Positions 54,680 through 64,000 of a stretch of DNA of 64,000 bases are shown one piece after another (position 1 is the first letter of the stretch; each line of letters begins with the position of its first letter). The stretch spans positions 28,048,503 through 28,112,502 of the forward strand of contig CM120640.1 in assembly GCA_051362555.1 (NCBI GenBank), written 5' to 3'. A program made the translations under genes and the position numbers. Source of the DNA: Lingula anatina (taxonomy: Eukaryota > Animalia > Brachiopoda). The notes beneath the pieces are model-generated. The model searched no databases, was not told the origin of the DNA, and was given only the letters and a program-made list of their open reading frames with translations.

Positions 54680-56170
54680 ATAGGCCTTACTGAGTATTTT
54701 AAATGTAACATGGGCACTCGATAAGGATGCATGTTAAGTCCTTTTCTATTTACATTATTCATAAATGAATTTTATCATAGTTTGAACAAGGCTGGATGTC
54801 AGGGTATTTACATACATGAGGTGTTTCCAAATCTCATGTCTTTGCTTTATGCTGATGACATTGTATGCATTTCAGACACTGTTGGGGGGTTACAGAAACA
54901 AATTCATCAATTAGAAAAATATTGCTGCCAGTATGGTATGCCAGTAAATGTCCAAAAGACAAAAATAGTAGTATTTAGGAGAGGCGGTAAAATAAAGAAA
55001 AATGAAATGTGGTTTTTCAAGGGCAAAAAATTAGAAGCAGTACCTGCATATAAATACTTAGGAACATATTTTGGTGCCTTCCTCGGTTGGGGTAAAACTA
55101 TCCAACATCAAATCAACCAAGCCAATAAAGCATTATTTGTTGTTAAGTTATATTTGAAAAAACAAGCATGTATTTCCTTTAAGGAAGCTTTCTTTCTTTT
55201 TGATAGAATGATAACACCCATTCTTTTCTATGGTGCTGAGATGTGGGGTTATAAACCAGTAGAAAGTATTGAAATCTTCCAAGCAAAATTTTGTAGATAT
55301 TTATTAAGTGTTAGTTCAAATACTGTGACGGAAGCTGTACTAGGCGAATGCGGAAGATATCCATTGTATACCAATTATATGGTAAATAGCATTAAATATT
55401 GGTTAAAGCTTGTACATGGGAATAAAGATCGCTATCCTGCTCATGTATATGATATGCTATTTAAATTAGATTCAAGTGGAAGGCACACTTGGGCCACAGA
55501 TGTTAAAACGCTGTTATACAGATATGGATTTGGATATGTCTGAGAGGGTTTGGGAAATTCTGTTTTATTTATTAAAGTTTTCAGAGAAAGATTAGTAGAT
55601 AACGCTGGCCAAATATGGCACAGTGACACAGTGACAGCAGCAAACTGGATACTTATTTATTATTTAAGAGTAAGTTAACACTGGAGTGTTACTTATTTTA
55701 AAAAGCGTTAAAAATGTAAAACATAGAACCTCACTAACAAGATTCAAATGCGCAAATCACCTACTAAATATTGAGAGCGGTAGATGGAGAGGTATAGAAA
55801 GATGCAATAGACTCTGTTTAATTTGTAAAAAACATAATATTTATGATGTTGAAGATAAATACCATTTTTTAATGACATGTGTCGCATATACAGAATTAAG
55901 AGAAAAATATCTGCAAGTGAATAACCCTACTAAAGAAAGTTTTTAAAGATTAATGACCACAAAAAACACAAATTTAATCTCTAGTCTAGCTACTTATATA
56001 TTTAATGCTTTTATATTAAGAAAAGAAATTTTGTATCACTGACAAAAATGAATAATCCTTAACACTTCTCATGGACTTTACTATTATTATTATTATTTTT
56101 TATTATTATTATTACTATTATGTACTATGGGCCAGAGGCCTTGAAAAACTGAATAAATTATTATTATTAT
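54680..56170 (+). mobile_element. 5'-truncated non-LTR retrotransposon (RTE-X-like LINE), RT C-terminal half with stops
   Basis: G-T-R-*-GCMLSPFLF, LLYADD, KTKIVVF, YKYLG and C-terminal LCLICK..VEDKYHFLMTC are present, with internal stops. The 3' end is AATAAA followed by an (ATT)n tail at ~56152-56170. Confidence 0.88.
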
Positions 56171-56796
56171 AGCCATATATATCATTTATTGTTGTCTAAT
56201 TTATAGTTTTTTCAATGTATCTGTCTCATCATCTGCCCATGTCCCAGAAGACTTAAACACAATCTTTAAGCAATGGAAATGCTGTCTATGTTAAATATAC
56301 AGCACTATTACAAGAAACAAAAATATCAAACAATCAAGTGTTTTAACATGAAAAAAATACAAACAGGTGTTTTGCATTGAACCTTCTTCCAGCTTACAAA
56401 TAGTCTACTAGTTAAAAAAAGAAATCTTGTGAACTAGCTGAAAAAAGTAATTGTTTCCAACATTGTTGTACCTTCATTGACCATTTATTGTGTATTCCTA
56501 ACATATAAATTAAATAAAGAAATTAATTAACAACAAAGTTTTGTTGCTTAAAGCTAAACTAGTTAACTTCTTAAATGAATATTAAATGCATGCTTTGCAA
56601 AAAGAAGACAACTCTTCTCAAAAGGAACTCATTCCTTTCCTAAAGAGGAAGCATATCCTGTGAGTCTCACATTAAAATATTTAAAGGTACTCCTCAGTAA
56701 CCTTCAAAAAATAAACTTCCATAACAGGTTTTCTTACACTACAAGAAATTTAATTGGTACAAGATATCTATTTAAAAAAATCAAATAAATAAATTC

Positions 56797-59700
56797 TCAA
56801 TCATCAGTGCCTTCACTTGCCTCCTTGGGTCTGAAAAGTGCAGTCAAATCACCAATAGTGAGCATATTGTCCTCCTTGCTGTGGAAATTGTCAACTTGAG
56901 AAGACTGATGCATGTGATAAATGCGCTCCTCAATTGTCCCACGGACTATGAATCGGTGAATTACAGTTGGTCTAAAAAGAGAAAAAAATTCACATAGCAT
57001 GAAGAATAATAATGGTCCTTTCTAATACATATCTGCTGTCCTCAGACAGTCCTTACTATAAACATATGACATTGTAATGGTTGGGTTTTCGCAGATGAAA
57101 TTGTGTTATATGTCACACCTAACACATTTAATGAGTAAATAAAATTTTTTGGAGATTTTTCTGTGTAACAATTTACATTATGGGGCAATATGCTCGTTGC
57201 TGACTTTAAACTGCCAACTTGACTGACTCCTTTTATGAATAATGTCATGGCATTGAGCAGTCTGAGGCAGATAGGCATTTGCCACAGCTGGAAATTTATA
57301 GGATTACTTCAAATAATAATTTGCAAATTTCAACCTTAACATCAAAATATGCTGACATCTTGAGCCAGGCCTTAATATGCCTTTATGCACACCATATTTT
57401 TTAAAAATAAAACGAAGCTTTCAAATCTCACTGTGCTTATGGTCAATATTAAAGCCTCCCATTCTCTTACCGTGTCTGCCCTATCCTGTGCACTCTACCC
57501 ACTGCTTGCAGTTCCTGTGCTGGGTTAAGGATAGGTTCCACCATCAGTACATGGGTGGCTTCAATCAGGTTCAGTCCATTGGCCCCAGAGTGCACAGGCA
57601 GGAGGAGGGCTACAACACCAGGGTCATTCTTGAAGCAGGAAAGGTTGGTCTGCAAAATATGGGCTTCATTTTGAAAACACTGCATTAAATTCATAATGAT
57701 CAATGTGTTCAGACATGGGGAAAGTGCTGGTCCGACTGGTCATGACCTTATAAAAAGCTGGAAGACCGGCATGATTTTTAATAATGCAGGTCCTTGAGAC
57801 CAGCAACATTAATGTGGAAATACAATAAATAAAAATGAATCATATGTAAATATCAACAAATGGACCTGCACAGAAATAGGACCTGCAGATTTTTTGTAGT
57901 GCAGGTACTCCGCACCTTCAGTACCTCCAAAATTTTCCCATGTCTGATGTCTTAACTAGAATACATTTTGCACAAAACATTTTGGACTGTTATTTTACTC
58001 ATTTTGCATCATTTAATTTTAGAACAGGATGTTGTAAGGAAGTTGTTTCAAGACCATCCACATGTATTTTTTATCTCACACATTTTGAGTCTCCCACCTG
58101 AAACTTGTTCTGCTGATGCAAAGACTTAAATGGGACACCATTCTCCGTAAGTGCCCTTCCAATCAAATCTAGCACATCTGGCCACTGGAAGAAACATCAG
58201 AGAAAACTTAACAATAATTTAAAACAAATACCCAAAACTTAACCAATACTTCTCCTCAATGCTGATTTTAAGAAAACTGCAAAATTACAGCTGAGCAATC
58301 ATAATATAAATTGTGACAAATATTTCACCGTGTTCAGTGTTAAAACTTACTGTTGAAAATACAAGAGCCTTGGCCCCAGGTTCAGTGGCATGAAGAAGTT
58401 TAATGGTGTGCACTACAGCCTGCACTTTTGTTGAATGGCTACCCTACATATGCAAAAAAAAAAAAAAAAGGATGCAAGTTATTTTAAAATCTGTCAAACC
58501 TTCGTATAGATAAAGTCAACAAAAATTAATGGATTTTTTTTTCAAGATATATACAAATGAAAGATCATACTGCATAAGTAAACAGCATACCTTAATGTGG
58601 ATATTTTCTGCTCCATCTTCATTGTTCTTGTCAGCTTTTGTGCTGACATATGAGATATCCCCATGAGCAGTAGTTTGCCTACAGATGGCGCATTTAACAC
58701 GTGTCCGCCTGCCTCCACAGCTGTAGCCATCTATTAATATCCTCATGCAGTCCAGACAGTAGCAATGGCCACAGTGCAACACACTCCACTGGAATATTTG
58801 AAAATTACAGTCATTTTTACTGACACTAACCATGGTCCCTGGACCTACGTATAGCAATTTTTTCTTGAAAACTCGGAACTTTAGAATTTGCTTAAACAAC
58901 CATCTGCTTTTTCTTAACAAATGTAAGTTTCATTGAATCGTATTTGTCTATGAATAAATATTCATACTTTACTTTTGTGTAAGCTTAATATAAATAAAAC
59001 TTTCAACAAAAGAAAAAACAAAAAATGGGATATGACCCAGATCAGTTTTATCAAAAATATATTGATCAGTAACAATTAACACCTGACAGATGATATTAAA
59101 TTAATGTTTATAACCACAATCCTCTAATTTCTTTTACAAAATGAAAGTGAGCAAGGGCAGGAAATAGGAGAGTGTATGCATGTATATACAATGCCTTTGG
59201 CAAAAAACTAACCTCTCTGCCTAGTTCTTTCTGACAGATTGGACAGGGCTCTGGGTTCAGTCCTCCCTGCAGGGCATCCTGGGCCTGAAAAGGGCATATA
59301 TATCTATATCTATATCTATATCTATATCTATCCATCCATCCATCCATCCATCTACCTACCTATATACAGAATTTGAAAATCTTCTCTGTAACCTCCTGTT
59401 ACATTAATACACATGAGCAAATTATTACATAAATACAAAAAATAAAATTAATATAAATAACAAATAAAATAAATAAATTTCTACATATTTGACTGGAAAC
59501 ATCAATTTTTATGCATGTGTTGGCTTGTCTATTATCTGGGACTTGTTTCACTAAGTGCGACACATGACTCATGTAATCACTGATTTTAATGTATCTCATT
59601 TGGTAAAGAACAGATATTGACTTACTTTTGCAAGATTTTTCAGGTAAAGAAGCTGTCCTAAGTGTTTCTTCAGTTCACTCTGTCCCAGAGCATGGTCAGA

Positions 59701-62700
59701 TACTTGTTTCAGACGCACCTGTTCCAGCTGAAAAATTGGGCTATGATCATATAGTTCCGTAATCAAATGCATGACTCATTCTCAATTGAAAAGGGGTTTC
59801 CAGCAAAGAAAAGTAAATATCATCTTTAAAGCATCCTTTAAAGGACAATAATCATATAAAAATCCATTTCTCGAATTCTGAAGATCCAGCACTTAATCTA
59901 TACACTACAGTTATGTTTTAATCGATCCCCGTCATTTAAAAATTATAAAAACAATCTATTAGTAGACAAAAAACCTCACCTCAATATGCATAAACGAAGC
60001 AACAGATCTGGGTCACGTGGTACTGTGACGACAATCACGATAAAGGTCTATGAGACTCAACTGAGCTGCATGGTGCATACAGACGGAGAAGTTAAGGAAA
60101 GTTGTGTTGAACGGAGTTGAGGAATTTTCGTTATGCCTCGGTGTGTTGCCGTGGGATTCACCAAAATTGCAGCTCTCTTTGACAATCTTTCTTTGTCTGT
60201 GACGGTCTTCCGTGACTTACTAACTTTGGTGACAATAGTTGCGATGCTCTAGATCATGGTCACCTCAGGTGGTTTAGATCATATCAAGAGCTGGTAGTCT
60301 TTCAGATTAACTGTCATCAGTTGGCAAACTTACTGATGGCTGATGCATTTTAAATGCATTGTAGTTGACCAAAAGCTCGTTTACAACAAACCTGTTAATT
60401 ATGCACCGCTGCACTTCCCAACCCAGGTAATAACAGGTATCAAAATCGTCTTGGTGGGCTTTCATATTTTTCAAAATATCTCATTTATTTCATGGGGTGA
60501 TTTTATTGGTATTTGTAAATGACGTTTAATATCAATATTTAAAAAATTGAGTTCAAACACCGTCGCGAACATTAATAAAAGTAATTGCTCTCAGGGTAAC
60601 TTGAAGCATGCGTATGCCCAGGCATTACTTCCGTGGAAGAAAACGTGTTGAAGAACAAACAGAAAAAAAGAGCGGTATATTAAAGAAAAAAATAGGAACT
60701 TATGTACTAAAATGGTTCGTAATCCTAATTCGTTTATGCTTTGAGGATTTGTTTCTGAATGTTATTCCATCTGAAGTATAAAATAATTTAAAAGATTTAT
60801 CATTTTATACCTTGAAATACAAGTTCTGCGTCTGTACACAAAACTTTTTGCAAATTTGTATGCTTTGTCAAACCCAAAAACATGTAGCAGATCAAGGTAA
60901 AAGAGCATTGTTTGCTATAAGTAGCATGGGAAAAATCATTACTTGAATGTTTACTAAATGTGCAGTTTTACATACGTGAGTATAAAAAATAAAAAAATTC
61001 CAAGCACGCAGAGCAAAATGTAGACTAACGCAAAACATCAAGAACAGCGTAAGCTCAGCAAATGTGCCCCATATAGTAGCTTAATTTCCATTAATAATAA
61101 AATCATCATTTAAGTCAAGAATTTTCTGTCGATTTAATAAATGTTCTAATTTATCCAGAACGGTATATTTATTTAAGATGAGGCTAACTGAAATATAGTT
61201 TTATTATTTGTTTATTTTGTATTTGAAAATTGCCCATGTCACCCTGTTAATTAGAAGGTCTAAGCTGGATCAAGTCCATGCTAAAATTCCTATGAAGCTG
61301 TGCAGGAAAAATTCTTCCTTTGTTTTTCTAGCTCCTCAATAAACCCGGTGTTCAGATTTTATCTAGTACCCCCAGGTCTGCGGGAGCTGCTCTTTGAAAC
61401 TAAAGCACAGGTAGATTTTTACCTGAGATAAATATCGCCAGCCATTTAACCCTCTAATTAAGAGGTAAAGGAAGTTCCAGTTAGATGGATGATTAAGATG
61501 GGACTTGTAAAGGTAACGGGCATCGTTTACCTCAGTTTAAGAAAAGTATCCAAGACGGAGTGTCAGCGGTTTAATAAAATTAATTGAATTTCACAAATAA
61601 CATGGCCCTCATATGCAATAATCCACAGTACCCTTTACTCATTCAATTGCAGTGTTTTATACAACTTGGGATAACCATAATTAAATGCTTGTTAAAGAAT
61701 TGACTAGACGGGAATGGTTTTACACAGCTTCATGAGGATTTAGATCCCTCGGGTAAGAGATTTGAATGAGTATTAACTTTTATCAGAAGCCAGAGAAGTC
61801 ATCTTACAGGTAGACAATGCAGCTCAGTTTGACAGCTAAGCACGCTCTGTTCTCCAGTGGCTCGATTGTCGTCATCAGACCACGTGACCACATAGCTCAT
61901 TAACTCCAAGGCCGAGCAAATAGGACGTTTTTTAAAGCCAAAAATTTACAAAATGAGCTTTTAATTTGTGTATTTGGATAAAGATATCGTTAGTTGGGCA
62001 TGTTTTCTGAAGAATATGTTCCGTTGAGGCCATTCTGACAGTATGAAGCAAATCCTTTAAAAAACCTGAAACAAGCCTGAACCATCATATTCATATCAAA
62101 AATTTATAGAACATAATGCTGAAGGCAATAAAAGAAAAATGGTTTTTGTAACAAAATTAAGTGGGTTTTGTCAGCAAGGTTAAAGAGAAATCATAGGTTA
62201 TTATCATATGACTGAACAAATGACATCTTTATAACTTAAATTTTGTTAGTTAAAGAAAAAAAAATTGGGAAAATTTTTGGATCATGGACAGAAATTCATG
62301 ACAAGAGATGACAAAATCATTTTAATCAGGACAACTTATATTTTCAAAATGATGACAACATTTGGATTCAGCAATATGATTGAGGCAATAAGATGATATT
62401 GACAATCAAAGAATTGAGATTAAAAAAAAAAAAGTATAGAAAAGGTAATCAAAATCAGTTTCACATAGCATTTCATGTCAATAATGAGCAACAAGTACCT
62501 TTTAACACATTGTTAGGGTAAATTTAACATTTATTCCCTCACCTCTGTAGGTTCAATAACATGCAGCAGAGGGGGGTCAGCCTTTGGCTCATCTGGGAGT
62601 CGCAGACGTATTCTTGTTGTAGCCATATTCAACTCGTCTATAGCAGATATTTGCTCCCTCAACATAAGCCAAATCGACCGTAGATGCTGAAAAAATATTC

Positions 62701-63331
62701 AGGATAAATAGACAATAAATGTATAATATTGACTGAAAGATGACAGAAACAATCTTAATTATATAAAATTGCCCCTGCAGAAGAAGGCAGAACGATATTA
62801 AAAAAAAAAAAAAAAACACAAACTTATCATATAGAAATTATAATAGACTTAATGCATATTTGTGAAATAGTAACCTTGAATTCCTTTTTCATTCCATCCA
62901 GCAGTTGAAAGTGAAGCCTTCCATGTTCCATCAGCTCTGAGTCACCTAGAAACATGGAAAATATGAAAAAATGCTTATATCCATTAGAACTATGTATCTT
63001 TTGTTTCCCATATCAAAAAGTTGTTCCTTTGGTAGTAACTTAAAAATAAAGTAACCCCCTCAGACCTATTCAGATGAAAAGATTATCAACCCATATCACA
63101 AATACTGCCAGATGTGACCCTGACAGAAAGCCCTATCTCAAATGATTTTGAAAAATTTAAGGGGTGAATATGAACAGATCGTTATCCTATTACTTACCTC
63201 CAAAATTTCTAGCATAAGTCAATATGTTCTTCAAGACTTTCTGCACTTCACTATCGGCCCAGGTGCCATGGCGTTTCGTCCCCACAGCAACATGCCCCAG
63301 TTCATCAGTCTCATCTGCAGCAAATACTCCT
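56797..63331 (-). CDS. SHPRH: E3 ubiquitin-protein ligase SHPRH (SNF2 helicase-RING), 3' portion; gene continues beyond the window end
   Basis: Approximate exons 63331-63198, 62945-62875, 62686-62543, 59727-59626, 59284-59213, 58788-58591, 58443-58351, 58184-58098, 57649-57471 and 56971-56797. Motifs: ISAIDELNMATTRIRLR.PDEP, LGQLLYLKNL, RING CPIC..LG...CGH.YC.DC...CAICR, GSHSTKVQAVV, GANGLNLIEATHVLMVEPILNPAQELQAVGRVHRIGQT, HRFIVRGTIEERI. Confidence 0.93.
57710..57946. mobile_element. hAT-like MITE in a SHPRH intron
   Basis: TIR CAGACATGGG(G/A)AAA at both ends. The same CAGACATG core bounds a ~68-bp mini element at 24458-24525. Confidence 0.5.
59298..59362. repeat. Compound (TATATC)n(TCCA)n microsatellite next to a SHPRH splice acceptor
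   Basis: Visible array. Confidence 0.9.
59842..62056 (+). mobile_element. Non-autonomous DNA transposon, Kolobok-like (TTAA-flanked, AGG...CCT termini), in a SHPRH intron
   Basis: TTAA-AGGA at 59838 and TCCT-TTAA at 62053-62060. Internal inverted repeats: GGTCACGTGGTACTGTGACGACAATC ~60011 pairs with GATTGTCGTCATCAGACCACGTGACC ~61864, and AACTGAGCTGCAT ~60059 pairs with ATGCAGCTCAGTT ~61817. A THAP-like start, MPRCVAVG, begins at 60133. Confidence 0.6.
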
Positions 63332-63502
63332 CTGGAAAAATGTCAACACTTCTTTTATAAACTTAAATCAAACAACTGTCCACTTTAAAAATCTGAATGG
63401 ATCTATTCATTTACACTCTTTTCATTACCCAATATATGAATTTGAACTTGTTTTCACTTTAGTAAAAGAAAATATTTGAACCTGTGGTTGTAAGACCTCT
63501 TC

Positions 63503-64000
63503 CCAGCGGGCAAATCAACATTGAATCAATGTTGAATCAACGTTGATGGTCAACGTTGAAACTATGTTGATATGACGTTGACTATGAAAGTTGACTCAAC
63601 GTTGAACCATCAAGGTTGAATCAACCTTGAGGTATCAATGTTGAATCAACGTTGACGGTCAACGTTGAAACTATGTTGATATGACGTTGACTATGAAAGT
63701 TGACTCAACGTTGAACCATCAAGGTTGAATCAACCTTGAGGTCTCAATGTTGAATCAATGTTGACGGTCAATGTTGAAACTATGTTGATATGACGTTGAC
63801 TATGAAAGTTGACTCAACGTTGAACCATCAAGGTTGAATCAACCTTGAGGTATCAATGTTGAATCAACGTTGACAGTCAACGTTGAAACTATGTTGATAT
63901 GACGTTGACTATGAAAGTTGAATCAACGTTGAACCATCAAGGTTGAATCAACCTTGCGGTATCAATGTTGAATCAACGTTGACAGTCAACGTTGAAACTA
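63503..64000. repeat. 109-bp tandem array built from TCAAC/GTTGA palindromes; probable subterminal repeats of a CACTA/EnSpm-type element starting CCCAG
   Basis: AACGTTGAAACTATGTTGAT recurs at 63552, 63661, 63770 (one mismatch), 63879 and 63988 (period 109; the last copy is cut by the window end). Units are near identical and the array begins CCCAGCGGGCAAATCAAC. Confidence 0.85.

Noticed and set aside
6360-63331. Minor (U12, AT-AC) introns or stop-codon readthrough signals
   Set aside because: All reconstructed introns are ordinary GT-AG, and no TGA-CTAG readthrough context follows an annotated stop.
63503-64000. CRISPR-like palindromic repeat array
   Set aside because: The units are contiguous with no unique spacers, there are no cas genes, and the context is a eukaryotic intron.

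Overview
AT-rich, intron-containing animal DNA. The sequence style suggests a marine invertebrate, probably a lophotrochozoan (inference). Six spliced protein-coding genes were reconstructed by hand from GT-AG exons: SWEET/SLC50A1 sugar transporter (-), exostosin-2 EXT2 (-), diacylglycerol lipase alpha DAGLA (+, head-to-head with EXT2), ciliary microtubule protein SAXO4/PPP1R32 (-, tail-to-tail with DAGLA), an unnamed secreted, probably GPI-anchored Ly6/three-finger protein with an N-terminal Ser/Ala/Gly-rich extension (+), and the 3' part of SHPRH (-). Mobile DNA includes a decayed Tc1 with perfect TIRs, a 5'-truncated RTE-X-like LINE, a Kolobok-like TTAA element with a THAP remnant, a multi-copy Harbinger-like MITE, a tRNA-derived SINE, small hAT-like MITEs, a Helentron-type end, and a 109-bp palindromic tandem array that is probably a CACTA subterminal region. 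The most notable points are the DAGLA-SAXO4(-EXT2) linkage that echoes human chr11, the unusual Ly6 protein, three in-frame uORFs upstream of DAGLA, and an X-box/CRE/CTCF-like cluster at the SAXO4 promoter. I found no prokaryote-type system or CRISPR array. All homology calls come from recalled family motifs; no database searches were run.
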